DNA of 62,060 bases from Negaprion brevirostris (Eukaryota): the NCBI GenBank assembly GCA_030324005.1, contig JARDVH010000115.1, positions 27,699,497 through 27,761,556 on the forward strand, given 5' to 3'. Under the pieces are notes generated by a model that saw nothing but the letters and a program-made list of their open reading frames with translations, was not told where the DNA came from and did no database searches. Position 1 is the stretch's first letter, and the number at the start of each line of letters is the position of its first letter. Shown one piece after another: positions 46,936 through 60,994 of the stretch. The translations under genes were made by a program, and so were the position numbers.

Positions 46936-47907
46936 TGCCACAGCTGAAAACACAAGTCAGTTAAACAGCTAGTTTTTAAGAAACTTACTGCAAACACTGA
47001 ATTTACCACAGCAATTTCATGTGTGCATATATCCTTCGTACTAATATTTCCCTTCTTAGTTTTCTAGCTGTTTTTGTTTTTTTTTGTTCACTGCAAACAG
47101 GCAGCACCCTTAATCAAAAGTGTGTGTACTGGCTAAATCCAAGCCATCACTTATGCTAGTCAAACTGATCATCAGGATGTGAATGCAACCTTGCCAAGTT
47201 ACCCTTCAATTTACCCTGCAATCTTGTGGCAAAGACTCTGTAACTGCACAGCAGTATGATGGATGTCCATAATTCAGTGTGGGAAACCATGGACATAGAT
47301 CTTCAACTTGTCTCGTAAATGTATCCTTGCCAAGTGTATTTTAACAATAGCAATGCAAAGTAATTCTTCCAAACAGTCTACCTGGCCCATTGACAGGGAG
47401 AAAGGGGGAGAATTTGTAAGTAATTATCTTTTGTAAACAAAGTATTATATGAAAATTTAATCCCATCAGGGAACACACTAGAGCATGTACAACTGTGTAC
47501 AATTGTACAGAAGTAGTCAACAGCTTAATACCACCAGAAATTTCATACAAGGACTAACATAGATAGGAACACAGAAGTAGTAAGCCATTCAGCCTGTCAA
47601 ACCTGCACCAGACCATTCAAACAGTTCATGGCTGGTCATCTATCTCAGGCATTTTCCCCACTTTCCTCATTTCCATTGATGTCATAAGCATCCAGAAATC
47701 TACTGATTTCCATTTTGAACATGTTCAATGATTGAACTTCCACAGCTCTCTGGGATAGAGAATTCTAAAGATTCACCATGCTCCAAGTGAAGAAATCATC
47801 CTCATCTCAGTCCTAACTGGTTTGCTCCTTGTACTGAGTTTGTGCACCCCACCCCCAGTTCTAGACTGACCAGCCAGAGTAAACATCCTACCTACACCTA
47901 TCCAGTC

Positions 47908-48075
47908 CTAAGATGTGCGGGTTAGGTTGACAGGTCATTTTAGAATAGACATAGTGTCAGGGAGATTAGCAGGGTAAATGTGTGGGGTTACAGGAATAAG
48001 GCCTGGATGGGATTGTGTTTGGTACAGACTCAATGAGCCAAATGGCTTCCTCCTGTACTGTAAGGATTCTATGTT
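47908..48075 (+). mobile_element. HE1 SINE 3' half
   Basis: gatgtgcgggttaggttga...ctgtaaggattctatgtttcta. Confidence 0.8.
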
Positions 48076-48396
48076 TCTACCTAAATTGTTACGTTCTGTA
48101 AGAATGTTGCAAGTTTCAATGCAATTGCTTCTCATTCTTTGAAATTCTCCTCATAAGACAATCCCACTATCCCAGGAGTGAGTCTGGTGAGCCTCTGTTG
48201 CATTCCCTCTATAGCAAGCATGTCCTTTCTTAGATCAGGAGACCAAACCTGGACACAATAATACAGATGCAATCTCACCAAGATTCCATACAACCGCAGC
48301 AGGACATCTTTATTCCTGCACTCAATTCCTGTTGCAATGAAGGTCAACATGTTATTTGCCTTCTTAATTGCTTGCTGCACCTGCATGCTAGCTTTT

Positions 48397-48665
48397 CATT
48401 GAATCACAGAAACCCTACAGTACAGATGGAGGCCATTTGGCCCATCAAGCCTGCACCAACAATCCCACCCACATATTTACTATCCTAGTCCCTCTGACAC
48501 CAAGCGGCAATTTAGCATAGCCAATCAACTTAACCTGCACATCTTTGGCGTGAGGAAGGAAACCGGAGCACTCGNNNNNNNNNNCAGTCATCTGAGGTCT
48601 GAATTGAACCTGCATCCTTGGCACTGTGAGGCAGCACTGCTAACCACTTTGCCACCATGCCGCCC
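48397..48665 (-). mobile_element. HE1 SINE
   Basis: Head on the minus strand gggcggcatggtggcaaagtggttagcagtgctgcctcacagtgcc. Confidence 0.88.
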
Positions 48666-49350
48666 TTTTAGTAACTCATGAACAATGACACCCATGTCCA
48701 TTGAGACATCAATAGATCCCAACCTATCATTTAAGAAATACTCTGCCTTTTTATATTTTTCATCATGAGGACAACTTCACACTTATTTACTTCATATTTC
48801 TTGCTCACTCATTTAGCCTGTCCAAATCCCCTTGTATCCTTCTCACAACTTCCACTTCGTTTTGCATCATCAGCAAATTTGGAAATATCACATTTGGTCA
48901 GCACATCATTTCACAGACTGAATTGTGACTCCAGCACTAATCCTTGTACCATCTCAATAGTAAGTCTGCCATCTTGAGAATTACTCATTTCTTTCCACTC
49001 ATCTGTTAACCACTTCTCAATCCTTGCAGTACATTACCCCTAATCCTATGTGCTCTAGTTTTCTTTACCAACTTCCTGGGTGGGCCCTTATCAAATGTCT
49101 ATCTGAGAATCCAAATACACCATATCCATTGGTTCTCTTTTGTCTATGTTACAGGTAATATCCTCAAAAAACTCCCAGCAGGTTTGTCAAACATGAGTCC
49201 CCTTTCATAAACTATGTTGACTCTGAGACCAGATTATTATTTTAATAAATTCTAATATTTTCCAATGACTAGCGTCAAAAGTTCTTCATTTTCTCTCTCC
49301 CTCCCTTCTTAAGTAGTGGGGTTACACATGCTACTTTTCAGTCTGCCAAG

Positions 49351-49652
49351 ATGACACAGTGGTTAGTTAGCACTGCTGCCTCACAGCACCAGGGACCTGA
49401 CTTCAATTCCTGGCTTGGGTCACCATCTGTGCAGAGTCTGCACGTATTCCCCATGTCTGTGTGGGTTTCCTCTGAGTGCTCCAGTTTCCTCCCACAGTCT
49501 GAAAGACGCGCTGATTAGGTGCATTGGCCATACTAAATTCTACTTCAGTATACCTGAACAGGTGCTGGAGTGTGGCGATTGGGGGATTTTCACAGTAACT
49601 TTATTGCAGTGTTAATGTAAGCCTACTTGTAATACTAATAAATAAACTTTAA
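49351..49652 (+). mobile_element. HE1-related V-SINE, variant tail
   Basis: Same head and core as HE1; tail gtaagcctacttgtaatactaataaataaacttt. Confidence 0.88.
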
Positions 49653-49819
49653 ATCTTTCCAAAATCTATAGAAATGTTGCATTTTATCCAGATGACAGAC
49701 ATTCGAACAAGGGGCTCTGATAAGAGAGAGTTTGATGGGAGTACATAAAGTTCTCTCAGTCCAACTCATGCATCAGTAATATGACTAATTCTATCAAAAA
49801 ATTCTATTACAAAAATATA

Positions 49820-50190
49820 ACAAGTTCCCTGTCAGTCCAGTCAGTATTTGAGGCACAGGTCAGGAAAGTTCAGGTTCAATACTCAGTATGTTTTGAGTTA
49901 GATCTAAGTGATAAAAGTAAAGGGCATTAAAACTAGCTTCAGTATTGCAGGTTGAGGGAAAGTGGTAACGGGGAAAGAACAACAACAAGGTTTGGGCTTC
50001 TGTGCCCTATCAAGAATATCCTTCTAGGTATGTAGTCGGAAGTGAACTAATGTCACCTCCAGTTCAAGAATCTGGCTACTGTTATTATTGAGGTTCATAC
50101 ATGAACAATAGTCAGGTACATGAGTTATTGAATGATCCTGGAAACAAATGATTAGCACTTAAGAAATCAATGTATTAAGAAAGGAGAAGA
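49820..50190 (+). mobile_element. Old, decayed tRNA-derived SINE (family uncertain); related fragment at 57460-57605
   Basis: B-box-like ggttcaatactc; resemblance recognised by eye only. Confidence 0.35.
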
Positions 50191-51835
50191 AAAATAACCA
50201 AGAAAAAGATTGCAAAAATAATTTTATCTTCTCAAAGATTGGGTGAATTCTGCAAGTTATGAAAATAATCTGCATTCTTCAAATATTCTCTCCCCCAAAG
50301 ATGCTTGCCCCTGTTTCGCACAATAAAGTTAGTACAAACTGGCCTTTTATATTTTTCTAGTCCCAACTGTCCTGCACATTTGAAAGAAGACCCTATGACA
50401 CCAAGTATTTGAGTGCTGGAAGGTCTAAGATTCTAGCTATTCATGTCACCTTTAGAAATTTTAGTGCTGTATCAGGAGGATTCATAATAGACTGTTTAAA
50501 GCAGTTTGATTGTGTCGGAGATTATTGTCTGTCAGCTTGAATACATTTTTAAAATACTGGGCTGTTGAAGCAAATAAGCAATTGGTTTATCAATGAGCTT
50601 AAATGCAATTTGCTCAAAAGCATAGTACTTTCATCAGCGGCACTGCCCAATTCAAACTTTCTTTTTCTCACGACATGTGCTTTCCTCTGTTAGAGAGAAT
50701 TTTTATACAGGAAACCTCAGCAAAACTTGCCACAGGTAGAGGAGCAAAAAAAAAAATTGGGTGTTTAAGTAAACCAAACGCTTCTGAATTTGAAACAAGC
50801 AAAAAGGAGCCAGAACAGCTCCACAATCAGCAGAAGCAAGAGTCTAAGGTTTTTAAAAAGACAGGTGGTCAGATGGGTCCTGAAATCAGATCTCAACTGT
50901 AAGATGAGCTAAATGGGTTGCATTCCTTCAGCAGGACTTTTTTCTTTTGTTTGATTAAAAAATATCTTCCTGACACCTGAAGGTTGTCTCTCTCTCTCAC
51001 AAAACTATTTTTATTTTCTATATTTTGAAAAGATTTTGNNNNNNNNNNAAAACAAAATCTTAAATCAATGGGTGAAAACAACTTCATCCTATGTGAAATG
51101 CAAAAATTCTTATGCAGCACTACAGTTAATATTCAAAGAAGCTTAGCATAAGAAAGTTTAATTTGGGTGAATAGGTCATACTGAAGGGTGGGTACCTTTC
51201 CTTTCCCAATTCTGAAAAACAAAGCAAGCAGAAGTAACACGCATGCCTTCATTGCCTGCAGCAATAACAATTTCCCCGCTTTCTCTCACTCTCAAGGGGA
51301 CTCAGGAAATATTTGATACAATGCTGTATAGAAAGAAGTTGTTGTACACCTGTTGATCTTTAAAAGTAAACCTGTAAAATTGTTAGGTAGGGCTACATTT
51401 GTCACANNNNNNNNNNNNNNNNNNNNNNNNNNNNNNNNNNNNNNNNNNNNNNNNNNNNNNNNNNNNNNNNNNNNNNNNNNNNNNNNNNNNNNNNNNNNNN
51501 NNNNNNNNNNNNNNNNNNNNNNNNNNNNNNNNNNNNNNNNNNNNNNNNNNNNNNNNNNNNNNNNNNNNNNNNNNNNNNNNNNNNNNNNNNNNNNNNNNNN
51601 NNNNNNNNNNNNNNNNNNNNNNNNNNNNNNNNNNNNNNNNNNNNNNNNNNNNNNNNNNNNNNNNNNNNNNNNNNNNNNNNNNNNNNNNNNNNNNNNNNNN
51701 NNNNNNNNNNNNNNNNNNNNNNNNNNNNNNNNNNNNNNNNNNNNNNNNNNNNNNNNNNNNNNNNNNNNNNNNNNNNNNNNNNNNNNNNNNNNNNNNNNNN
51801 NNNNNNNNNNNNNNNNNNNNNNNNNNNNNNNNNNN

Positions 51836-52410
51836 CCGGGTACTCCGGTTTCCTCCCACAATTCAACGATGTGCGGGTTAGGTTGATGGGCCGTGCTAAG
51901 AAATTGCCCCTTAGTGCCTAGGGATGCGTAGGTTAGCGGGATTAGTGGGTATAATATGGGGGTAGGGCCTGGGTGTTCAGTGCAGACTTGATGGGCCGAA
52001 GGGCTTCTTTTGGCACTGTAGGATTCTATGATTCTACAAGGTACAAGAGTTGCACCGAGCTTGCCAAGAATGGAGAACTTTAGCTATAAGGAAAGAATGA
52101 AATTGTGCAGGCTTTATACAATGGAGGTGTATAAAATTACGAGGGACCTAGATAAAGTAGGTAAGGAGGGTCTATTTCTCTTAGCAGAGAACATAGCTTT
52201 AAGGAAATGAGTAGAAATTAAGGGGAGTTCAGGAGTAATTTTTTTTCACTCAGAATGTTGAGGGTCTGGAACACACTGCCTGAACAGGTGATTGAGGCAG
52301 AAACTCTGATCGCATTTAGAAAAGTACTTGGAAATGGACTTGAGGGCTATGGTCCAAGAGCTGGGAGGTGGGATTAGGCTGAATAGCTTTACTTTTGGTC
52401 AGCATTGTCA
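51836..52410 (+). mobile_element. HE1 SINE 3' part (51836-52035) followed by a CR1 3' remnant
   Basis: ccgggtactccggtttcctcccac...ctgtaggattctatgattcta, then ENFSYKERM...EVYKITRDLDKV. Confidence 0.85.
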
Positions 52411-53029
52411 TAATCAGAACTCTGTTGTCTATAGTCAATGCTGCAGCAGGTCCCAATCATTCATCATGCCTGTTTATGGTCACTCACATTGGTTCCTGGG
52501 TATCGTAACACCTCCAAATTTAACACTTTAATGTCTTCAAATGCCTTCACAGTCTTACTTCTCCCAATTCTGTAATCTCTCCAACCTTCCACCATCTTCA
52601 CAATTCACTATTCTAACCATGCTGCCCCCTTGGCACCATCATGGATGATATTAAACCCACCCCCCCACCCCCACCATAGCTTCTTCTTTGGTGCAATATC
52701 CATCATTGTCCAAGGACAAAAATAATTTATGCATTAATTAGCCACTGCACTATTTTTACCAAATGAAGCAGCAGGAATATTTTTCTACCTTCAAGGCTCT
52801 GTATAAATACAAGCTGTTATGTCTACATACATGATAACAATTGCATTGCCTTTCATGCTATCTACTTATGGTGTCACTTCTAATGACAAGCATGTGCGGA
52901 TCTCTGCTCTAAAATATTACAATTTAAAATGTATTCCTTTTCCTAATTTATAAAAGATAGCTATCCGAGAAGCTCCTGCCATCTATTTTTAAAATGTATG
53001 TGATTTTTTAATAAATTTATCAGCCCCCA

Positions 53030-54530
53030 TACCAGGGAGTTCAATGAAGAGTGCGGGAGGGCACATCAGGTGCAGTACCAGGAATACCTAAAAACGAAGA
53101 GTCAACCTCGTGAACCTACAATACAGGAGTGCTTGAATGTCATCAGATGCAGCATTCAATTGACAGAACTAAATAATCCCACAATAAACAGATCAAATCA
53201 AAGCTTTGCAGTCTGCCACACCCAGTCATGAATAGTGTTGGACAGCTAACAAGAGGAGGCACCACCACCAATATTCCTTTCTGTAAGAATGGAGAAGCCC
53301 AGCACATCTGTGACACTGAAAAGGCTGAAGCATTTGCAACCAACTTCAACTAGAAGTGCCAAGTGGATAATCCATCTTGCCTCCTCCTGAGGTCCCCAGA
53401 ATCTCAGATGACAATCTTCAGCCAATTTGATTCACTTCTTGTGATATTAATAAACGGCACTGAATACTACAAAGGCTATGTGCTCTGACAACATCCCAGC
53501 AATAGTACTGAAAACTTATGAAGAATTCGCCACGGTTTGGAGTCAACGTAACACAAAGGAAGGTGGTTGTGATTGTTGGAGGTCAATCATCTCAGTCCCA
53601 GGACATCACTACAGAAGTTCATAAGCTAATGTCCTGGGCCCAATCATCTTCCACTGCTTCATCATGACCTTCCTTAAAGATCAGAAGTGGGGATGTTCAT
53701 TCATGATTGCACAATGTTCAATACTATTTGCAACTCCTCAGATTCTGAAGCAGTCCATACCAATATGAAGATATGGACAACATTCAGGCTTGGATTGATA
53801 AATGGCAAGCAACATTCACACAACACAAATGATCATCTCCAACAAAAGAGAATTAATTCACCACTCCATGACATTCAATGGCATTAATATCACTGAACCC
53901 TGCATTACCATTAACCAGAAACAATACTGGAGTTGCCATTTGAACACTTGGACTACAAGAGGTCAGAAACTGGAAATTCTGTGTTACTGCACACCTCCTG
54001 AACCTCCAACGCCTATCCACCATCTGTAAGACACAAGTCAGAATTGTGATGGAATTCTCTCCACTTGCCTGGATGAATGGGCTCCAACAACAGAGGAGAA
54101 GCTCAATACTGTTAAAATGTTTCATCAGTACCCATCCATCAAAGTAAACATTCACTCCCTCCACCACTGACAGCAGCGTGCTTCATATGCAAGGTATACT
54201 GCAGCAACTCACTAAGGTTCCTTCACAGCACCTTCAAAACACATGTCCTCTGCCACCTTGAAGGACAAGGGCAACACATGCACAGGAGCACCCACCACTT
54301 GCACACTCCCCTTCAAGCTACACACCATGCTGACTAGGAACTATGTTGCCATTTCTTGATTGTCGTAGGGTTATAATCCAGGAACTTCCTTCCCAGCAGC
54401 ACTGTGGGAGTACCTGCACCAAACAGACTGCAACATTTCAAGAAGGTGCCTCACCAACACCCTGTCAAGGCAATTAGGGATGGGCAACAAATGACACCCA
54501 TATTGCATGAAAGAACAAAAAGAAAATCTA
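53030..54530 (+). mobile_element. Second CR1-group LINE family, decayed RT and 3' end
   Basis: KAEAFA, GPIIFxCFI, a degenerate F(A)DDCT, TFNGINITE and IYKxQVRxVMExSPLAW-like motifs. Tail ggcaattagggatgggcaacaaatg. Confidence 0.85.
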
Positions 54531-54794
54531 AACATTTACAAAATAGATGGTATAAATGGAAATGCTATGGTCCAAGACAGGATATCGTCCACCATAAAAT
54601 TCCATTTCAAGTTTAAAAAGGACAGCTCAGTTATCAGTAATTTTGTTTTTGTATGTTATTCCAATTTATTATTTCATGCCTTTGATAAAACATATATGCT
54701 TAAGCACAAAGTTCGATTCAGTTCTTTGGTGCTCAGGTGGTTTGAACAGAGCGGGGCAGGCCAACAGCCATTTCTTGAAAAGGCCTCAGTCCAA

Positions 54795-54935
54795 AAATAG
54801 GTTAGGTGGATTGGCCATGCTAAATTGCCTCTTCATGTCAGGGTAAATTAGCAGGGTAAATATGTGGGGCTGTTGGTACTGCAGGCGCAAGGGCTGAAGG
54901 GCCTCCTTCTGCTCTATATGCATTCTATGACTCTA
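54795..54935 (+). mobile_element. HE1 SINE 3' fragment
   Basis: ggttaggtggattggccatgctaaattgcc...cattctatgactcta. Confidence 0.75.
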
Positions 54936-54974
54936 AATGATGATCTAATCTAGCCTGGAAAAAAAATTAACAGG

Positions 54975-55700
54975 AGAGACAAAAAACAGGTGAGTAAGTT
55001 TAAGGTGGTTAATTCCAGAGAATAGGGTTGAAGCAGCTGATGGCTTTCAGTCATCAATGGGTCATCATGAACATGCATTGAATACATAAAAGGCCAGAAT
55101 CAATGAATGGAATATTTGGGAAAAAATAAAGGGGGAAATTGCAAAAGATGGGGCAAGATCATGGAGGGAGGTGCAGAAAAGGTCAAGGATTTTGAATCAA
55201 ATGTTGTGGGGATTAATGGTGAAGATGCAGTTAAGAAGTGAGCAGTGCTCAGTGAGGGAAAGGATCTTTGAGATATTTGTGTTCAACTTTATATGGGGTG
55301 GAGGGTCAGAGATCAACGAGGGAAGTAGTCAAGTCTGGAGATGATAAAGGTATGTGTTAGGGTTTTAGTGGCAAAGATGTTAAGGAGTGGAAAGAGGACA
55401 ACAATGTTTTAGAATTGAAATAAGTGGTTGTACTGACAGTTTGGATGTGGTGTTGAAAACGAACTTCAGGGTCAGATAGGTTGTCAAGATTACAACAGCT
55501 TAATTCTGCCAGACAGAACTGGCAAGGGGGATCAGTCATAAAAGGGCAGAGTTTGTGGTGGTGGATATTGGCTTTGATCATCTCACCATTGACCCAGAAA
55601 AGCACAGAACTCATGACAAACAGTCTGACAGCACAAAGGGAGGCATAAGATTGAGACATGATGGACAAGTATGGGACCACGCAACATAACTGAATGATGG
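54975..55700 (-). mobile_element. L2-like LINE remnant
   Basis: Purine-rich decayed sequence with ggaagtagtcaagtctggagatgataaaggtatg, typical of reversed L2 ORF2 (recalled). Confidence 0.5.
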
Positions 55701-55769
55701 AGGAAGCCATATACATTTAATTGACACTTTAGGGAATCAGACTGCACAGAAAATTCAAGCAGTTGATAA

Positions 55770-56000
55770 CCATGGCTCAGTTAAGAACATTCTCATCTGA
55801 GTCAGAAGGCTGTGGGTTTCAGTCCCACTCAATGGCTTGCACACAAAAATCATGGCCAGCCCTCAGAAATGAGGGAATTTGGCGTTGTTGGGTTGCCAAC
55901 TTCCCAATGATCCTTCAAGTGAACACAAGAGATCCCATAATGGCACTTCAAAAGAACATGGGAGTTATCCCCAGTATGTCAGTCAACATCTCAAAACAGA
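55770..56000 (+). mobile_element. Deu-domain SINE 5' part; related tail at 56760-56935
   Basis: Head catggctcagtt...tctgagtcagaaggctgtgggtttcagtcccactc; core gatcccataatggcacttc. Confidence 0.7.
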
Positions 56001-56308
56001 AAGCTGAATTTTAACCATGGTGCGCTGTTCCTGATGCCAGAAAGAAGATAATGCTACTTTCAATATCTTCTCTTTTGCAGTTCCCACTCAATTATAATTA
56101 AAATGTATAATGTCAGCAGTGTGCCCAGGAGTCACATGTAATCCTTCACTTTATATGAAAACAAACTGGATGCCACAAGGTCCTCGTGCGACACTAGCTT
56201 TATATATTTTTTAAATATGCTAATGAGTATTCATGGCATGCATATGTATTGAAAGTGGGAGTCCACCATAGGATAGCATGAGGTTCGACCCACCACAAAC
56301 ACTGTGCC

Positions 56309-56646
56309 AGGGCGGCACGGTAACACAGTGGTTAGCACTGCTGCTTCACAGCTCCTGGGTCCTGGGTTCGACTCCTGGCTCAGGTCACTGTCTGTGTGGA
56401 CTTTGCACATTCTCCTCGTGTCTGCATGGGTTTCCTCCAGGTGCTCTGGTTTCCTCCCACAGTCCAAAGATGTGCGGGNNNNNNNNNNNNNNNNNNNNNN
56501 NNNNNNNNNNNNNNNNNNNNNNNNNNNNNNNNNNNNNNNNNNNNNNNNNNNNNNNNNNNNNNNNNNNNNNNNNNNNNNNNNNNNNNNNNNNNNNNNNNNN
56601 NNNNNNNNNNNNNNNNNNTTCTGCACTGTAGGGTTCTATGGTTCTA
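56309..56646 (+). mobile_element. HE1 SINE spanning a gap
   Basis: gggcggcacggtaacacagtggttagcactgctgcttcacagctcc...ctgtagggttctatggttcta. Confidence 0.92.
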
Positions 56647-58814
56647 ATAAACGTACCACTGACTTGATCTCTGCATCACAACCCAACAGGAGATCAGGAA
56701 ATTCAGTTGTCACCTAATTCAGTCACCCCAATGAAATCAGATCCTCTCCCCAATTTGCCAGATTATCTGGTCTCCCTCACAATGTTATTGGTGGTGGGAT
56801 TTTTCACTGCACAACTTGGCTGCGTTGTTTCTAACATTACAATACTAAGTATGCTTCAAAAATATCTAATTGGCTGTAAAGCACTTTGAGATGTTCAGTG
56901 GTCATGAAAAGCACTATATGAATGCAAGTCTTTCTATTAACAGTAGAAAATCTGGTCATCTCAAGAGCCTGGTGATAATGCATAGCTAACTTAGAGGAAA
57001 GCAAAACAACTGCAGTGACTCTAACATGTATAGTTCACTGATAAATACTTAAAGACAGATACCCTAACAAATGCAGCTTATTAAGCCCTCCATTTTACCA
57101 ACCACAATTCCAGGGCTTTCAGTACTGCTGCTCCACAATCTCTCTCAGTACGAAGCACGAAAATCACAGGAAAAGGCTGAAACTGATTCTAATAACACAA
57201 ATAATAGCAACCGGAGAAAATTCTCAAGTCCCTTTGTACTAGATTTTCTTCAAATAAATGTTAATTATAACATCATAATGAGGAACCACACTAAAATACA
57301 CTGTGATGCTCAATTCTTGCCACAGGATGGCAAGGCACTTGCAGTTCCCTCTNNNNNNNNNNNNNNNNNNNNNNNNNNNNNNNNNNNNNNNNNNNNNNNN
57401 NNNNNNNNNNNNNNNNNNNNNNNNNNNNNNNNNNNNNNNNNNNNNNNNNNNNGCAGTTCCCTCTGCCTCCAGTCCCACCCACCTGGTCTCATTGCATCTG
57501 GTTTGGGAAAAGACAGGAAATGGCAAATGCTCCCACTCCTGATCAGAATTCAGCAACCCTTGCTGAAAGTAGCATGCATGCATGGATACAGACTATGGTA
57601 AGATCACATTCAACTGTAATAAATTCCCACAGATAATCTAAATTCATATATGAATGACAACTTGGTCAAGTTAACTGCATGAGTGTGATTTTCCATTGCC
57701 CATACTACCATTAGAACATAAAATGCCTACTGAAGCTCAGCTCAGCTCTCTAGTACAGCACTCTCTTATCATGGCATTCAATAGTATATTAAATAATAAT
57801 AATTCTTCGCTTTTATTACTTTGCTTGGCAGATTAAAAGTTAGTTGCATAAAGTTTTACTTTTAATTTATTAATTTCTATTTACATCCTTCGGTCCAACT
57901 TTTCTTTTTGGTTTTACTCATCTATATCATTTATTGTGGTGCTCCTTGTATCATGACCCTCTTCTAAATTTGATCCAAGCTTTAGCATATCCTCCTGTTC
58001 TGTCTCCTTAGGCAACCATTCTGAGTAGCTGTTTTAATTGCTTCTTCATGATACAAAATCATTTCACCTCTCTGAGCAAGATTGTTAATTAGAGAATAGT
58101 TCTACAATACAAGTGAATGTTCAGGAGGATCTAGGTTAAGATCGCCAAATTCATTTCACAAAGCTTTGCTTGACTTTCATTCCATCAATCTCGGATAGAT
58201 TTCAATNNNNNNNNNNAAAAATGATAAGCCAATGTCTAAACCACTGCATTCTGACCAAATGCCTATCTTTTAATAAAAACTTCATCAAATTTAAAGACCC
58301 AAAAGTTTTAATAACTTGTACCTGTCCTCTTTCCTTCCAAAGTGAGTTTTTAAAAAAAAGAAAATCACAAAGATGTTCTTAGAAAAGTATCAAATATTTC
58401 ACCAAACACATCTCGAATGTAATCCACCTAAATCAAATATTTTAATGACAGCAGAAATTTTCTCACTCTTCTGTGAAAGCCAAATTGATACAAGGAAAAG
58501 AAAATTCTTGCTATAGCAAACAAATATCTAGAAAGTGTTGTTAATACTGTTGTGTACCTTTCCATATATGGCACCTTTAAGTAAGACTGGAATGCAGCTT
58601 CACCATAACAAATTTTTGCTGCACTCTAAACCCTACAGTGAGTTATTTTTCATTTGCAAGACCAGCATTTATTGCCCAATCCTAATTGCCTTTGAGAAGG
58701 TGATGGTAAGTCATTGAATCACTGCAGTCCATCTGGCACAGGTACATCCATCATGGTGTTAGAGTAGTTGTTCCAGGATTTTGACTCAGCAATAGTGAAG
58801 GAAAGCCTTACATC

Positions 58815-60203
58815 AATGGGAGGGAAATAATTGGAGAGGATTCTTTGAGACAGGATTTATTCCCATTAGGAAATAAATGGACGTAATAGTGACAGGCAAT
58901 ATGGTTTTAGAACATAGAATATAGAACAGTACAGCACGGTACAGGCCCTTCAGCCCTCGATATTGTGCCACGCAAATGTTTGATATTTGTGGAGGAAGTG
59001 ACAAAGATGATTGGTGAGGGTAGGGCAGTGGATGTTATCTAAATGGAATTCAGTAAGGCCTTTGACAAAGTCCCTCATGGCAGGCTGATGCAGAAGGTGA
59101 AGTTGCATGGGATCAAAGATGAGCTGGCAAGGTGNNNNNNNNNNNNNNNNNNNNNNNNNNNNNNNNNNNNNNNNNNNNNNNNNNNNNNNNNNNNNNNNNN
59201 NNNNNNNNNNNNNNNNNNNNNNNNNNNNNNNNNNNNNNNNNNNNNNNNNNNNNNNNNNNNNNNNNNNNNNNNNNNNNNNNNNNNNNNNNNNNNNNNNNNN
59301 NNNNNNNNNNNNNNNNNNNNNNNNNNNNNNNNNNNNNNNNNNNNNNNNNNNNNNNNNNNNNNNNNNNNNNNNNNNNNNNNNNNNNNNNNNNNNNNNNNNN
59401 NNNNNNNNNNNNNNNNNNNNNNNNNNNNNNNNNNNNNNNNNNNNNNNNNNNNNNNNNNNNNNNNNNNNNNNNNNNNNNNNNNNNNNNNNNNNNNNNNNNN
59501 NNNNNNNNNNNNNNNNNNNNNNNNNNNNNNNNNNNNNNNNNNNNNNNNNNNNNNNNNNNNNNNNNNNNNNNNNNNNNNNNNNNNNNNNNNNNNNNNNNNN
59601 NNNNNNNNNNNNNNNNNNNNNNNNNNNNNNNNNNNNNNNNNNNNNNNNNNNNNNNNNNNNNNNNNNNNNNNNNNNNNNNNNNNNNNNNNNNNNNNNNNNN
59701 NNATTTGGAGAGGGTGTAGAAAAAGTTTTCCAGGATGTTGCCTGGTATGGAGGGCATTAACTATGAGGAGAAGTTGGAGAAACTTGATTTGTTCTTATTG
59801 GCACGATGGAGGTTGAGGGTGACCTGATAGAAGTCTCCGAGATTATGACAAGCATGGACAGAGTGGATAGTCAGAAGCATTTTCCCAGGTGGAAAAGTCA
59901 ATTACTAGGGTGCACAGGTTTAATGTGTGAGGGCAGGATTAAAGGAGATGTACAAAGCAGATTTTTTTTTTTTACATAGAGGGTGATGGGTGCCTGGAAC
60001 TCATTGCTGGGGTAGGTACTAGGAGCAGATATGGTAGTGACTTTTAAAGGGCGTCTGGACAAATACATGATGGAAATAGGATGGGAATAGAGAGATATGG
60101 TCCCCGGAAGGGGAGAGGGTTTTAGTGAAGTCAGGCAGCATGGTCAGTGCAGGCTTGGAGGGCCAAAGGGCCTGGTCCTGTGCTACAATTTTCTTTGTTC
60201 TTT
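58815..60203 (+). mobile_element. CR1/HER1 LINE (RT to 3' tail) spanning a gap
   Basis: MEFSKAFDKVPHGRLMQKVKLHGI (ORF 59043), LERV, and tail ggagggccaaagggcctggtcctgtgctacaattttctttgttcttt. Confidence 0.9.
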
Positions 60204-60810
60204 GAATGGTGGTATAGTTCAAAGTCAAAATGATGTGCGGCTTGGAGGGAAACTTGTAGGTGGTGTTCCCATTTGTCTGCTGCTCTTGCTCTTCTAGGTT
60301 GTAAAGGCCGCACGTTTAGAAGGTGTTTTCAAAGGAGACTTAGCAAGTTGCTGCAATGTATTTTCTAGATGCACATTTATATACTGATGCTTCAGAGACT
60401 GAATGTTTAAGGAAGGTGGATAGGGTGCTGCTCAAGCAAGCTGCTTGGTCCTGGATGGTGTCAAGCTTCTTAAGTGTTGTTGGGGCTGCATTCGTCGAGG
60501 CAAGTGGAAAGTATTCCATTACCCACCTAACTTGTGCCTTGTAGATGGTGGACAGGCATTAGGGAGTCAGGAGCCAAGTTACTTTCTACATAAAAGCAAA
60601 TTATTGCAGATGCTGGAATCTGAAACCAAGAGAAAATGCTCGAAAATCTCAGCGGGTCTTGTGGCACCTGTAAGGAGAGAAAGGAGCTGACATTGAGTCC
60701 AATTGACCCTTTGTCAAATCTGCTGAAATTTTCCAGCATTCTCTCTTTTAGTTTTACTTTCTATATAAGCTAGAGTTCCCAGCCTCTAATCTGCTCTTGC
60801 AGGCACAGTA
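60204..60810 (-). mobile_element. Second-family LINE fragment interrupted by a fold-back Penelope-derived element (60590-60755)
   Basis: RPLQPRRARAADKWEHH (ORF 60131-60313); arms gaaaatgctcgaaaatctcagc and gctgaaattttccagcattctc. Confidence 0.75.
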
Positions 60811-60994
60811 TTTTGTATATTCTTGAACTTTAGTAATTTTTTTTCAGTAGAAACATTTTTACAATAAAAGAAATTATCTTAAAAGCATTTTCTTCACAAT
60901 GTTAAATTATTTACAACCACCATAAAGGATTTCAATGTTCTATATGCCGCTCAGCATCTTTGTTGCTATTACATGGAAATCTATTCCCAAAACC

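Larger units (their letters stand above)
47560..49345 (-). mobile_element. Decayed CR1 LINE with nested HE1 SINEs
   Basis: ORF 48132-48386 reads QQAIKKANNML...LYGILVRLHLYYCVQVWSP; ADDAK occurs near 48865. Confidence 0.88.
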
